From the NCBI RefSeq assembly GCF_009914755.1, contig NC_060932.1: a DNA stretch of 64,000 bases. One strand, 5' to 3'. Positions 12,783-27,703 of the stretch are shown here, in pieces. A model generated the notes under the pieces. That model made no database searches. It was not told where the DNA came from and saw only the letters and a list, made by a program, of their open reading frames with translations. The translations under genes and the position numbers were made by a program. The DNA comes from the human T2T-CHM13v2.0 reference genome, Homo sapiens. Each line of letters begins with the position of its first letter. The first letter of the stretch is position 1.

Positions 12783-14099
12783 GTAATATTAATTATAGAA
12801 AACGGCTAAGTTGTGTATCATGTTATATTATGTGCTCTTATATTATCCACTGTATTCATACATAGTTACATAAGGGGATGTATTTGTGATACTGTTTAGA
12901 AAATTGAGTCACTCTGGTCAGCTTCAGAATATGTAGTAACTTAAACCTGCATCTGTAACCTTTATAGTCATACATTAAATAAAAACATAATACTTAAAGT
13001 TTTGATTGCAGTTGTAATATGTCACCTTGTAGGAAGTAAAGTAATATTAAAATTATCATGAAAAGAAATAAAAGCTATCTATAGTCTCATCATTACTGTT
13101 TGCATTTTAGATTAGTGTTTTTGGAGTCTTTTTTTCTGTGCAGACCTTACATATAGTTGAGTTTATAATGTATATGCTTTTATTTCTTCTTTTTGTCTTT
13201 TATTTGATATTGTGTGCATTTTAGAATGTTATTAAAATTGATTTTAAGTGTAGTAACTGCTTATTGTTCTAACACATAATTGTTCTACTTAGATGTATTC
13301 ACATTAATAGTCATGGTTTTTAACCAGCTAAAAATAGTGTTATTTTTATTGATCATTTTCTTAAATATGCCAATTCTGAAAATTTTCTCATATCATAATG
13401 TGTGTCACATTGTTTTCTAAAGACACGTGTTGTTTTCTCATTATTAAAAGATTTATATTACTGAGAACCAAATCCACATTGAGTGATCACATACCGTGAA
13501 ATGTTGAACAATGATGTTTTAAACACAGGTGATTTAAACACAATCCAACATCCTCACAAAAAAGCTATCTAAACAATAGCTTTTATAATACAAATGGCCA
13601 GTATTTGTTTATTCAGCTGCTACTGTGAGTCAGGCGCTGTGTGAAACATGTTACATGCATTCCTTCATGTTATCCTTGGAAAAATGATGGGAGATAATAT
13701 TTTCTTCATTTTACATGTAAGGAAACTGAGATTCAGAGAACTTGAGTATATTATCTGGGTTAATTTGAGAATTTTTTGTTTTTGATTAACACAGTTAATA
13801 AAACCATGGTTTTCTGACAACAGCACCCGTATATTTTCGACAGCATTGGAAAACATGACATGTTTCAGATTTGTGTGGGATACTGTTTAAAAGTAGATTC
13901 CCATACCTCTACTTGTTTAGGGTAGAAACTCAAAATGAATTTCAGTAGGTGTTTGAAATGATTCCAGTGCATGGCCTGGTTTTTTTAATTACTCACTAAA
14001 CATTGCTCTCTTAAATTATGACTTCAATTCTCTGACTCATCTATTCTGGCAGTAGGAGAAAATGAAAACATATATTTGGCCAGTTGGTCAGAAATTATG

Positions 14100-15080
14100 T
14101 GTATTTTGCAGGAAAGTACTCTACCCTTGCTGATATCTTAGTTCACGCTCTAATAAGGCCATCTGGTAATGGGCTGCACGATATGAGCAGTGAAACCCAC
14201 AAGCAGGATTCCACTGTCCCACTTATTTAGTTTGTTGTTAAGGGGGTTGGTCAGAACCACTGCTTGGTCAGAAGCAGTGTTTTGTAGCATACAGTGGTAG
14301 TTATCAGGGCATCCACAAGAATTTTACAGGTAGAAGGGAAACAAGGAAGGCAAAGCTTTATCTGGATTGTATGCCCGAGTTAACAGCAAGTGCCTGACTA
14401 CCCATATAATGAAAGGGATCCTAAATATTATCAGCTTGGTGTCAGGGCTTGGTGGGCCTTCCAGATGATATTGTCATATCAAGGCTGTCTGCTGTTGGCA
14501 TATTGGACACACAGCATGTCAATAGCCAGTGATCCTTTTTGAGGGGAGTCGGTGTTATGAAGTAATGCATGACTTCCCTCCTGGCCACCGTGGCCATTTT
14601 GCTGATGAGCACCTTGAGTTGCATGGAGACTGCTGGGGATTAAGGTGCTCTAGCATCTGCTGCAATGAGTCCTCTTGACTACCTGGCTGAATGCCAGCTC
14701 TGCATTTGCATGGGACACCCTGATTTTACATGATTGACCCTCTTTTCCAGATCACCCATTCACTGGTTCTTTCATTTCTATGTCTTTGGAAATCAGTATG
14801 GTGATTCTGCAAGTGGCTGATTGTGTATATTTCATCAAGGCACTCAGGAACCAGGGAGGGGAGTAGCATACATTGTGGATTTACAATCCACTGAACCCAC
14901 TGTCAGTGGACTGAGACCAGAAGTCTCCTTACCTTCTAATCCCATAAGCCCCACTCTGCTTGGTGGCCCTCAGTGGAGTGGCATTAGGTCAGAATCAGTT
15001 CTGTTAATTCTCAAACTGTCTAAGTGTTTCCTCTGCTCGGTGTAAAGTCACTCTAGTAAAATGTCCGAGATCCTTGCTGG
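14100..15080 (-). mobile_element. ERVL/MaLR internal (integrase-like) remnant
   Basis: Minus strand has degraded integrase-like motifs: ...ccagataaagctttgccttcct (cf. YSGYGFAFP), LQNTASDQ (cf. IASDQG), GFHCSY...LLER. No intact ORF. Confidence 0.5.
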
Positions 15081-15857
15081 GATCTGAGATTCAGAGAATT
15101 TGAATATATTATCTGGGTTTATTAGAGAGATTCATTGTTTTGGGAGGACTAGGAGGAAGCTCACACACTAGGAAATATCATAGTTACTGTACGCAAGCAG
15201 CCTTTCCCCTGGGTTTAACATAGCTCTCTTATTCTCTGCATGTTTGGTTAAGCAGAGATTGATCGTAGGCCAGGAGATGATAAGGAGGAGGAGTAGTGAA
15301 GCATGAGAATTGTCATCTCCCTTCAAGGAACTACCTCGGCTGTGTAAGCAACATGGGAAAAACATCACCAGGCAGGCTTTTGCCGTGTGGAAGGCTCTGT
15401 GGCATTTCAGTATTTGAGTACTCAAAGTTATTTGAATCCTCCCAGACGTCAATGTGTTCTCAGGTTTAATTTATTCTTAGGTTTTCACTGTTATCCAGAC
15501 ACTGTCCTGAGTCTCACATAAGAGACGGCTGAGCATCTGTATTGTTATTCAGCCGCACACAGACTTGAACTCTGCACCTGTTTGTTGGCCCTGTCAACCT
15601 GTGGCTGCAAGCGGTGCACCCTAGCTTACTTCTGGCTCTTTGGGCTTGAACTGATAATGTAAAGCCCCAGTCTGTCATTTTCTCTCTAAACTCTTTTCCA
15701 CCAGTTTTGTCTATCTCTTGTCCACCTGTACTCCTCTCCCCATTTTTGTCCCATACTGCGCTGTAGCCTCTGTCACATGATCCATCAGTCATTCTTTCAA
15801 AAGCATTTTACTGAGGGTGACCACAGATGATCATTTAAGTAACAGGTTTGCAACTTA

Positions 15858-16179
<322 letters not shown>

Positions 16180-18164
16180 GATACTACTAGTATCCCATCT
16201 GCTGTATTATAATCAGATAGTCACTGCCTGAATTCTTGAATATTGATTTCAGTTGATCCTTTTTACTAGTTTTAGTTTTCAGAAGTTATCAGTTAATATG
16301 TTTATTTCTAAAGAGATTCCCATTACTTATTATTTTAATCTCATCCATTTAGATTTTCAAAGTGTTCACTATTAAAATCTAATGTGAATATAATTTTTCT
16401 GCATTTATTTGCTACATTTATGAAATTATGGGAGTCATTATTGATGTATATTAGTTGGTTACATAGCATAATAATCATGACAGTGCTCCGGTCTGTTGAG
16501 CTTTCAGCTTGTGCCAAACTTCATGCTGGATGTTTTGCCTGCATCATTTATACTATACAATAATAGAATAAATGATAGTGATATAATAATTATCATTACT
16601 ATATTTATCATTTACTGAGCGCTTATTATGTGCAAGGCTTCATCCTAAAGACGTTTTGTTTGTTAACTCCTTTATTACTATAACAGCCTTATGAGATAAG
16701 TACTGTACTATTATTTTCCCCACTTAAAAATCACCCCTTTAAGATGAGGGTAATGTAATCTGCCCAAGTCATACAGTTAATGTTGAATTAGGGGTTTAAT
16801 GCAGAATTTCAACATCTGTGTTTTTCTCCAAATAACACATTGCCTGTCATCATTAATCTGTAGAGTAGTTTGGTAATAACTCCCCTCTCTGTGGGATTGT
16901 ACCCTGGCTACAGCTATGATAAGAAATCCTCTCTGTCCAGCTTAAGTTTGTGATAGAAATAATAATGCTTGAATAATAATGAACAATTATAATCTTTCAT
17001 TAACATCATTATTTTGATACTCTATTAGAAAAGGATAAGTGTTTGTTTCAATAATTTGTGCTTTCAGGGATGAATTGCTGTACATAGAATGCAATTTTTA
17101 AAACTTGAGCAATGAGAGAGATTCAGATCAGATGGTTGAAATGTTCTGATTAGAACAATGAAGAGTTGGCGTAAGATAATGTTTTGTATAGTCAAAACAA
17201 ATTTCAAAGGAAATTTATAGAATATTATGGCAGCTTATATTTACATATATTCCCTTATATTTTTTCCTTTCATTCAGTTTCTGGCCTACTTCTATTAATG
17301 TGATGGAAGCTAGCATGTATTGGTGCCTATTATATGTTAGGCAGTGTACTAGGTAGTATATACACTGTCTCCTTTCGCCAGCATTTATATAAAGCTGTGC
17401 CTTGTATTCTCAGTAGTTCTGCATTAATATACATGTGCTACCAATAAACAGATTTTGCAAATTAAGTATTGGATTACATACAGTCTGTCTAAACTCACAT
17501 GGCTAGTGACTGGCATAGCTGAGATGAAATTATAGGTGACTAAATCCCATGCCCATTTCCCGCTCTGTGTATTAGTCTTTCTTTTCTTTGTAAGAGTTCA
17601 AATTAGTCAAGTAACAGAAGTTGAATCCTTCAAGGGTGAAGTCAAGGGCTATGTGCCTCTAGCATTTATTTTATTATTGGCCTCTTGCTTAATTGTGAAA
17701 TTAAAAGGTGGTATTGCCAGGAATTCCTGGGGTTCTCTTGGTTATGGGATAGCCTTTTTGAGAGACTAGAAAGATTTCTTATCTTTTGGAAATTAGCCTC
17801 AGATTCCTGTTAATCTTAATCTGTCTGATACTAACATTGGAAACAGAGACTAATGGAAGACCCAGATTCTGAAATCAGGACCTAAAATTGAAGGTTAGTT
17901 AGGAAAAGGCAGTGGAGCAAAATCAGTAGTTCCTTAACGATCTGTTTTTTTCTCCTCCTAATTTTCGTCCTGCATTTCCTTATGGAAACAAACAAAGATT
18001 AAAAACTTTGTCATAATTATGTAAAATAACGTAATAAAGTCTTTCATTTTGTTTTATTCACTGTTTTATTCTCAGATAGAATATAGTGCTTGGTATGTAG
18101 AAATGTTTTTTGAATGAATATGCGAACGAGCAAATTGACATAGCAATGAATGAATGTTTAATCA

Positions 18165-18610
18165 TTCATTCAACGAATCTTTGTTGAACATCTGTATACC
18201 AAGCACTTCTCTAGACATGGAAAATGCATCACTAAGCAAAGCAGTCACAGTGTCTGCTCCATGGTAATCACTTTTTACTAAGAGAAGATAGAAAATAGAC
18301 ATGTTTTTAAAAATAAGTTATTTCAGATAGTGATAAGTGCCTTGTACCAGCATCACAGAGACGCACACAGCCAGTGTAGAAGTGAGCACGTGAGCTCAGC
18401 CAGGTTGAGAAGCACAAAAGAAGTGTGGGCAGTGGCTGCGGAGGGTTGAGCAAAGGAGACTGGAGAAGGTGAAGACACCCTAGCAGCGGAAGTGAGCAGA
18501 TGATGGGGCTCCTACAAGTCAGCGTCTGGAGTGGGACATTATTCCAGCAGCAGTAGGAAGCCTTTGAGTGTGTGTAAAAGCCTGGGAATATCAGGATCAC
18601 ATTTATAGCT
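18165..18610. mobile_element. L2 remnant
   Basis: cattcattcaacgaatctttgttgaacatctgtataccaagcact... typical L2 3' end. Confidence 0.6.
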
Positions 18611-18765
18611 TAAACCTTCTTTTTTAGAGTAGTGTCTACTGTGACAACCGCTTGCCAGATGGATTGTTTTTATTTTGGGGGTTAGTTTTTATTTATTTAT
18701 TTATTTATCTTTCATTTCTTATAATGACACGTTTTTAAATGTGATTTCTTTTTTCCTTTTTCCAG

Positions 18766-18912
18766 GAAGAAGAGTTGAGGAAAAGTGGAGAAGCGAAGTA
18801 CTTCCATCTCAATGATGATCTCCATGTTCTCATTGAAGTGTTTGCCCCACCTGCAGAAGCTTATGCCAGGATGGGACATGCTTTGGAAGAAATCAAAAAG
18901 TTCCTCATCCCT
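18766..18912 (+). CDS. KHDRBS3: KHDRBS3 coding exon (exon 4), 147 nt, phase 0-0, C-terminal half of KH domain
   Basis: Long polypyrimidine tract, tccag|GAA, donor CCT|gttagt. Translates [49 protein letters not shown] in frame with the previous exon. Confidence 0.97.
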
Positions 18913-20329
18913 GTTAGTACCATTTTTCTTGATAGTTAACTTGTACTTTAAAGTCTTTGCTTTAATCCTTGATACTTCTTGTCTGTAACTGTTATTTGCA
19001 TAGCTCCTTTTCTGCTGTAAAGCTGTATGGACATCACCTCAAGTAGACCTTACATTGTCCTTGTAAATTACTGGGCATTATTCCTTATGTATATATGAGG
19101 TGTTAGAATTTCAGGAAGATTTAATAATATGGCCAAGGTTACATGGCTAAAAAACTTGCATAGCACAATCACTAGTTCAGGTTTTGAAACGCTTTTCCTA
19201 CGATTTTATGTGACACTGTACAACTTTTTTGTTCTCCAACACAAAACCATTAGTGCCTCTGTGTGCCATGCACAGTGCTTGGTGTTGGCATGCAGACTTG
19301 AATAAAAGCAGTCCCTGCCCTCATTTAGTATAATATAATACGTAATTTAGAGGAAAAGAGAAACATCAACAGATGATTTCAGTACAACATGATAAATATA
19401 ACAGACATAACCATAATGAGCCCAGAGGGGATGGGCTATTTAGCTAGCTTCTGCCAAGTATTTTGGATGTTTTGTTAAAAATTGACTGTCTGTTTTAACC
19501 CTTTCAGACACCTTCACATTGCTAAGGATGTGACAATTTAAAGGGAATACATCTCTACCTCTGTTACGAAAGTTGATTTAAGTCTTTTGTGTGATTTGTA
19601 TGCTCTTGATAAAAGGACTTATTATGTCATTTGCATGCTCTTGATAAAAAGAATCGTAAAGCATCAACACTTTGGCTCTGCAGACAATTTATTTTAGAGA
19701 AGCTGACACATCTGCCAAGTAGTTCTCTGGATAAGACTGTCTTTGGTTATCCCAGGTTAGTTTGGTGGATTGACTTACATACTACAGCACATGTACTGTG
19801 ATTATATTATCTGTGAGGAAAACAATTATTATATTTATAGGGAAAGGATATTTAAATCACTTTTGCCTTTAAAAAGCCAGGACATAGAATTGCATTAAGT
19901 ATGTAATAACCTGGGAACTGAAATGGCTAGTATTTTCTTTAGTTCCCATGAGCAAATATGACAATCTATTTCTTCTTTTAGTTTAAAAACAAAATTTCTA
20001 AGGGCTTACTATGTGGTAGGCAGATGTGAACTAATAAAATACATGATCCCTCATGGAGTTTAATGGCAAAGAGTCAGATATGAGTCAGTTTTTCATATAA
20101 ATGACTACAAAATTGAAACTATGGCGAGACCACAGCTAAGGAGAGGAGTAAGTTTTGGTGATCATGCAGTGTGGACCAGGCAGTGCAGATCTAGCCAGGT
20201 GAAACAGATTCTCTTTTCCAAAGATGGCTGCAGTAGCACCATTTATCCCATGACCCTTACGATCCTTCCCCAGAGGTAGACTCTAATTTACCTCACACAG
20301 AATCTGGACTGGCCAAAAAAGTCTTTGCC

Positions 20330-23300
20330 TAATGAAGGTCACCAGGATTTTCTACTGTTTTATTTTAAAAATTTTTCAGTATTCTTTCACTTAAAATACA
20401 TTTTGAGTTAATTTGTATATTTGAGGTTAGTCTCTAAATTTATTTTTTTCTAGATGGATATCAGTTGTCCTAGCACCATATGTTGAAAAGACAATCATTT
20501 CCTCATTCAGTACCTTAGTACCATTGTTGAAAATTGACTAAACATAAATGTAAAGGTTTATTTCTGCATTCTCAAATTCTTTTTCATTGATTTGTATGCC
20601 TACTCTTAATGCCAGTAGCATGCTCTTAATTACTTTAGCCTTAAGTAAATCTGGAAATCTAGGTTGTGTAAATTGTCCACCTTTGTTCTTTTTCAAACAT
20701 TTTTTGGCTTTTCTGGCTTCTTAGCATTTTCATATGTGTTTTAGGATCAGCTTCTTAATTTCTATTAAAAAAAAGCTGGCTAGGATTTGATAGATATTAT
20801 ATTGAATCTATAGATCAGTTTGGGGATAATTTTCATCTTAACAATTTTGAGTTTTCCAATCCAGGAACATGAAATGTTTCTTCACTTTTAAAAAAGATAT
20901 TTTAAAATTTTTCTCAACAGTGTTTTATAGTGTTCAGGGTGTCAGCCTTTTCCTTTCCTTTTGCAAAATTGATTTGTAAATATTGTATACTTTTTGATAC
21001 TACTGTGAGTGCAATTTTTAAAATTTCATTTTCAGATGATTACTAGTGTATAGAAATGCAATTGAGTTTTGTATATTGATTTTGTATCTTGTGATCTTGC
21101 CAAACGTGTTTATTAGTTCCAGTGTGGTGTTTTTTTAATAGAATCACTACAATGATTAAGTGGAATCCTAATTAGTGGAATACAGGAGCATGTCATCTGT
21201 GAATAAAGACAACTTAACTAGTTCTTTTCCAATATGGATGCCTTTAATTTTTTTAATGTAATGTTGTTATTCTATTCTATTCCATTCCACTCCATTCCGT
21301 TCCTTATGACACTGACTAGAACCGTGAATGCAGTGTTGTTTCTAAAATTGGAGGGGAAAGCATTCAGTCTTTCACCATTGGCTATAGGTTTTTTTTATTG
21401 CTACCCTTTGTCATGTTGAAGAAGTTCTCTTATATTTCTAAAGGATGAGAGTTTTTATCATGAATAAATGTATAAACATGGGTATTGAATTTTGCAAATC
21501 TTTTTCCTCCTGAGATGATTGTGTGGTTTTATTCTCCTTTATTTTGTGAATAATAGTGTATTACATTAGTTGATTTCAGATGTGAAGCCACATTTGCATT
21601 CCGAGGATAATTCCCACTTGGTCATGGCATGTAGTCTTCTTTATGTGTTGCTAGATATGGTTTACTAATAGTTTGTTAAGGATTTTTACATCTGTAATTA
21701 TGAAGGATATTGGTTTGTCGCACAGTATTTTTCTGGAGTCTTTTATATTAACTTATACTATTTTGGGTGCCCTTCATTTCTTCCTGTGGATAGAGCTGCC
21801 ATATGGTATTATTTCTTTTCAGCCTGAAGGTTTTTCTTTAGACTTTCCTGTAACCTAGGTCTGCTAGCAAAAAGTCTTTTGTTTTTCTGGGAATGTCTTT
21901 ATTTTACCTACATCCTAAAAAACAGGTTATATAATTATTGATTGATCGTTTTTGTTTTTTGTTTCTCCAGCACTTTGAATATGCTACTCTGCTACCTTCT
22001 GACCTCTGTTATTTTTGATGAGAAGAGTCATTAATCATTTTGCTGTTCTCCTGTGTATAATCTGTTGTTTTTCTCTTGCTGCTGTCAAGATTTTTTCTGC
22101 CTCTGGTTGTCAGCAATTTGGGTGTGATGTATGTTTATCCTATTTGTTGGCTAAGCTTTGTGCATCTGTAGGTTTATGTTTTTCATTAAATGTGGAAAGT
22201 TTTCAGCTATTTAAACTTTTTCTGTCTTTCTACCCCCCACCACACCCCCTAATTCCAGTTACGTGTATGTTGATACACATGCTGGTGTCTCATGGATTTC
22301 TTACATTCAGGGTTTTTCATCCGTTTTTCTCCATGTACCTCAGACTGGATAATTTTAATGGACTAGTCTTCAAGTTAACTACTTCTGCCAGCTCATAGCT
22401 GTTATTGAACTCCTCTAGTGAATTTTTCATTGTTGGCAATACGCTTTTTAAATTTTCTTTTGTTGCAATTCCAACATCTGGGCCCTCTCCAAGACAGCCT
22501 CTTTGTACTGCTTTTCTCCCCCTGAGTATAGGTCACGTTTTCCTGTTTCTTTGCATGTTTCTTAATTTTTTGTTGAAAAGTCTGTATTTTCGATAACATA
22601 GCAAACCTGTAATCTGATGTATTTTCTTCCCAGAGGAGTTTTTGTTGCTGAGGTGTTTTTTAATTTTTTTTATTTTTTTGTCTTCTATTTCTTTAATAAT
22701 TTAGTTGGAATAAATTTGCAGCCTGTCTTCCTCATAGTTACAGCTAATAATATCTCTGTTAATGTGTTTTTTTCTTGCGTTTATTTTTAAACCTGGCCTG
22801 CTAGGGATGTTGTCTGTGTCAGCACTGCTTAGTGGACAGCCAAGGGGAGCTCGTGTTCAGACAGCTGTGTAAGTGAGGTTTCCATCCTCCGATGATGGAG
22901 CTGTGTGTGTACATAGGGGAGTGGATCCAAGAAGACTCTCGCCATGTCCACCCTGGCTTTTCTGTTGCTCTGGGATGCCTCCTGTCTCCGCTGCATATAT
23001 GTGCACTCACCTTCAGGAAAGGTTGTATGGAGAGCTTTGCCTCACTCTCTTCTTGCTGTCCATGCATATAGCCTTCCATCCAGCCAGAGGTGTGTGGCGA
23101 GCTTTTCAAGACTGTCTCATTTTCTGAATTATCTGTCCAATTTCTGGCTAGCCTGGTGGTCAGTTTCTTGACGCAACCCAAGATGGCAATACTAGGTGCA
23201 TCCTTAGGCAAGCAGGCCAGACTCTCATATTTCTTACCTGAAATGTAGCACTTTTTAATGAATAAATATATTATATTTTCAGTTTATTGTGTACCATTAG

Positions 23301-23420
23301 TCAGTTTTCAGACTCCTAAAATGGTTACTTTGAACCATTTCGTCAGTTTTTATTTTGCTTTTTATGGGGGAGGCTTTGCTGAGCTCCTCCCTTAGCTGTA
23401 CCAGAAGTCGCATGTCCTAT
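20330..23420 (-). mobile_element. Old L1M fragments, antisense
   Basis: T-rich, with cagttgtcctagcaccatatgttgaaaagac, attgaatctatagatcagtttgggg and ttcccacttggtcatgg (L1 ORF2), followed by ORF1/5' type sequence. Confidence 0.75.
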
Positions 23421-25287
23421 TAGTACCTTTTGTTTTTAACTTACGTGATTTTGGACCTTGTTCCTATGAGCATATGCAGTTTTATTTCATTCTTTTTAAT
23501 GTCTGCATAATATTTTATTATATGCATGTTCCAGAGTTTATTTAATTGGCCCTCAAATAATGAACATTGAGGTTACTTCTTATAGATCACAATACAAACA
23601 GTGATCCTAGGATTAACCTTGGACATAACTATTGGCCTATTTTGGCAAATATAGCTGAAGAGTAAATTCCTAACAGAGAGCCCACTGAATTTTTATGAGT
23701 TACTTTTAATGATTTCATTTAAAAACTTTTTCTCCATTCTTCAGGCTAACATACATTTGAATAGATTGTAAGCTCACTGGGTAGTCAAGTCCTGCTTACA
23801 CATATTTACTCAAAATTTTAATGGCTTTTCTGCTCTTTACAATTCATGATGGTGTTAATGTTGTAATAGTTTCACTTTTCAGACGGGGAGTTAAAATGAT
23901 AATTTAAAATGCAAAATTACAGAAATAAGTTAGTCTGTAAGCTACTATGAATGATTTGCATTCTCTACTAATTTAAAAGCATTTTTCAAAGACCAAGAAA
24001 CTACTAACTATAATGGTTATATCAACAGTGTCCATTTGACACCAGGAGAAACAGTCACCTAGAATTTTAAAAAATTGTCTACAATCACATAGCTGTTAAG
24101 TTCAGGTGGTTAAATTTAGTCTTAGCCTCAGAAGTGATTGACTCAAATTCCATATTTCTTTCCCTACTACACTATTGTTAAATGTAGTTTTTCAAAGATG
24201 ATATCTTAAATGGACGTTATAGTTTTTGTGATACTGTTATAATCACCTAACCTTACTTAGAACAATACTTTTTAATTTTTAATTTGTTTTTGAATAGGGC
24301 CTTGACTGTGTTCTTTTTGCATGAATCTATTTTTAACTTCATACAATTTAGTATTACACCTCCTAACACTTTTCAGCGGGTCAAATATTTACCATTTATA
24401 TAGCACATTATATTTAGAGCTTTACAAATCACTTATTTAGAATGTGTTTTACAAATTATGTATTAATCTTCACACATTTTCAGTAAAATGGCTGGGAACA
24501 TACTAATAGGATTATTTTAGAGAGGTTGAAATAATGATGGAAAGAATCAGATGTTTCCCCTGAGGTCACAATACCTGAAATAAGTCAGGGAAATAATTTA
24601 TATTTACAATAAAATATTGACTCCATTCTTAATTTTTCCTGTCAATCACAGTTACTTGTATTGGTCATTATTTGCCTTCTCTTCTTCCTGCTTTGCAAGT
24701 GTTAGCTGATTATGATTTTAACTTTCTTTTTGATTGGTGTTCATATATTTTTAATTCCAGAATGCCTTCTACTACAAGTTTCAAGTCATTTTTTGCATTC
24801 TGCTTTTGAAAAATTTTTTAAAATAAATATCCTGAATTTCTTTCAGGTTTTTAATTCTAAATAATAAATAATTCAGGAATCTGTCTCCTCTAAATGTTCT
24901 ATTTACACTCGAATATGCTCATGTTTCTTCTGTCTTAAAATCCTCTGTTCCTCCCTGCAAACTATGATCCTTTCTGTCTCGTTTTCATTGTGGCCATACA
25001 GCTGGAAGTAGCTGCCTGCCGTTAATTTCTGTGGCTTACTGCTATTTATTATTTATTCCACTGAAATGGATTCCATCTCCACCTTTCACCCAAACTATTT
25101 CTGATAGTAGTGGCTTTACTGTTAATGAATCCCATAGAATTAGGACTTGCTGTTTTGGCAGAATGTAAATACAACACTGACTTCCTGTGGCTTTTATAAT
25201 GTAATATCTTCTTATCCTCCTCAGTTTCTTGCCACACCTTTTCAGTATACTCTGTGAAGATTCACTCCTTATGTTTTCATCAAAGAC

Positions 25288-25500
25288 AAGCTTGTCCAAC
25301 CCACGTGCCACATGTGGCCCAGGAAGGCTTTGAATGTGGCCCAGCACAAATCCGTAAACTCTCTTAAAATATTGAAACATTGAGATTTTTTTTTTTTTTT
25401 GGTAGTTCACCAGGTATCATTAGTGTTAGTGTATTTTGTGTGTGGCCCAAGACAATTCTTCCAGTGTGGACCAGTGAAGCCAAAAAAATTGACCCCCCAG
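25288..25500 (-). mobile_element. MER30 hAT-Charlie fossil
   Basis: tagtgttagtgtattttgtgtgtggcccaagacaattcttccagtgtgg...gaagccaaaaaaattgac is the reverse complement of the recalled MER30 5' end. Confidence 0.85.
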
Positions 25501-25754
25501 AACTAAGAGTTGTATAGTTTTAGTTATTTACAGTTAGGTCTCTTGATTCATTTTGTTCTAATTTCTGTGTATAACATGAAGTATGTGGGGCTCTCACTTT
25601 ATTTTTTATTTGTTTATTTGTTTATATTTATATGGCTTTCTAGTTATTGCAGTACCAGCTGCAGAAGAGACTACTTAAAAAAGCAGTTGACTGTAACTTA
25701 TATCTGAGCTCTCACTTCTATTTCATTGATCTTTTTTAAAGATCTTTTTTAAAA

Positions 25755-26650
25755 TTTGTTTTTTATTATACTTTAAGTTCTGGGTTACATGTGCAGAACG
25801 TGCAGTTTTGTTACATAGGTATACACGTGCCCTGGTGGTTTGCTGCACCCGTCAACCCGTCACCTACGTTAATTCTCCAAATGTTATCCCTCCCCTAGCC
25901 CCCCATCCCTCGACAGGAGCTGGTATGTGATGTTCCCCTCACTGTGTCCATGTGTTCTCATTGTCCACCTCCCACTTATGAGTGAGAACGTGCGGTATTT
26001 GGTTTTCTGATCTTGTGATAGTTTGCTGAGAATGATGGTTTTCAGCTTCATCCCTGTCCCTACAAAGGACATGAACCCATCCTTTTTTATGGCTGCATAG
26101 CATTCCATGGTGTATATGTGCCACATTTTCTTAATCCAGTCTATCATTGATGGACATTTGGGTTGGTTCCAAGTCTTTGCTGTTGTGAATAGTGCTGCAG
26201 TAAACATACATGTGCATGTGTCTTTATCCTAGAATGATTTATAATCCTCTGGGTATATGCCCAGTAATGGGATTGCTGGGTCAAATGGTATTTCTAGTTC
26301 TAGATCCTTGAGGAAACGCCACACTGTCTTCCATGTAGTTGAACTAATTTAAACTCCCACCAACAATGTAAAAGCATTCCTATTTTTCCACATCCTCTCC
26401 AGCATCTGTTGTTTCCTGACTTTTTAATGATTGCCATTCTAACTGGTGTGAGATGGTATCTCATTGTGGTTTTGATTGCATTTCTCTAATGGCCAGTATG
26501 ATGAGCATTTTTTCATATAACTGTTGGCTGCATAAATGTCTTCTTTTGAGAAGTGTCTGTTCATATCCTTTGCCCATTTTTTGATGGGGTTGTTTGCTTT
26601 CTTCTTGTAAATTTGTTTAAGTTCTTTGTAGATTCTGGTTATTACCCCTT
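25755..26650 (-). mobile_element. 5'-truncated primate L1PA (about PA7-PA8) 3' end
   Basis: ttattatactttaagttctggg 3' terminus. ORFs 25884-26207 and 26439-26660 translate L1 ORF2 C-terminal peptides (TWNQPKCPSMIDWIKKMWHIYTME; [32 protein letters not shown]). Confidence 0.93.
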
Positions 26651-27459
26651 TAATTCTCATCCTGAGGCAGGACTTCTTGTAACAAACTTACTATTTCCTT
26701 TTTGATCCTTTAGACCTGAACTTTCCCTTTTTTGTAAAATAGATTACATTTAAATTTACCCATGTCTTAGCTGATGATTGTTGAATGGAGTTCAGGGTGC
26801 TAAGGAAGCAGGAGAAATCAAGGACCACTCCTAGAGTTTCGTAGTTGAATATTTTGATAATAATTTAAGATGAAAGAGCAAATTTTCAGGAATAAGATTA
26901 TGTGTTCAATTCTGAAAATGTTGAATTTCACAACTTGTATAATTTTCTACTGGAAATGTACAAAAAGCCTGTGTCCCTGTGGTTCTTAACTACATGAAGG
27001 CTATGCTGTTGTGTATGTATATATATCCTTCCTCTTTGCTAGAGTGAAGTCCTTGGGTGCTGGGCTATGGCTTAATTCCTCTTTGTTTCTCTGTTACTTG
27101 GTTCATTATAGATAATCAATACCTGCTAGTTGAATTGAGTTGTAAATAACAACACCCATATATCAGTTTTATGGTATTTTAATTTTATTATAAATGTCTC
27201 ACTTGCAAAGTATGCCCAGAGAAAGGTTAGTGGCTGATTATAGAAAATTTTAGCTTGAGGAAAAAATGCTGTAGTTTTTTTCTTCCTTTTTTACAAGAAT
27301 TTATTATCACATTTTTATTTTAGCAAATTTGTATTTTGTTTTGTAAATTCAACTATTTTCCTAACCCTTTTTTCTATTAAGAATTACTTGCTTTTTGTTC
27401 TAAATATTTTTGCATTTCTAATATGAAGTGAATTTTGCTATCTTCTGTCTTTTGTGTAG

Positions 27460-27599
27460 GATTATAATGATGAGATCAGGCAAGCACAGCTCCAGGAGTT
27501 AACATATTTGAATGGTGGTTCAGAAAATGCAGATGTTCCAGTGGTTCGAGGGAAACCCACCTTGCGTACAAGAGGTGTACCAGCCCCAGCAATAACCAG
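27460..27599 (+). CDS. KHDRBS3: KHDRBS3 coding exon (exon 5), 140 nt, phase 0-2, QUA2 region and linker
   Basis: Acceptor tgtgtag|GAT, donor CAG|gtaggt. Translates [46 protein letters not shown] plus AG of a split Arg codon. QLQEL..LNG is the QUA2 signature. Confidence 0.96.
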
Positions 27600-27703
27600 G
27601 TAGGTGTAAATTTTTTTTTAGGTTAACATACCGTGGCAGCAGTTTTAATATTTCCTTTATTAGTAGCCAAAACCAGTTCTATCTGAACAAAACTTGTATT
27701 CAT

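Noticed and set aside
18785-18988. 67-aa plus-strand ORF overlapping exon 4
   Set aside because: Wrong frame relative to the KH-domain reading fixed by splice phases.
21269-21303. (ATTCC)n-like run resembling satellite II/III
   Set aside because: Only about 7 degenerate units inside an L1; a simple repeat.
25884-26660. ORFs with recognisable protein sequence
   Set aside because: Disrupted L1 ORF2 C-terminus in a 5'-truncated L1PA; not a gene and not an active element.
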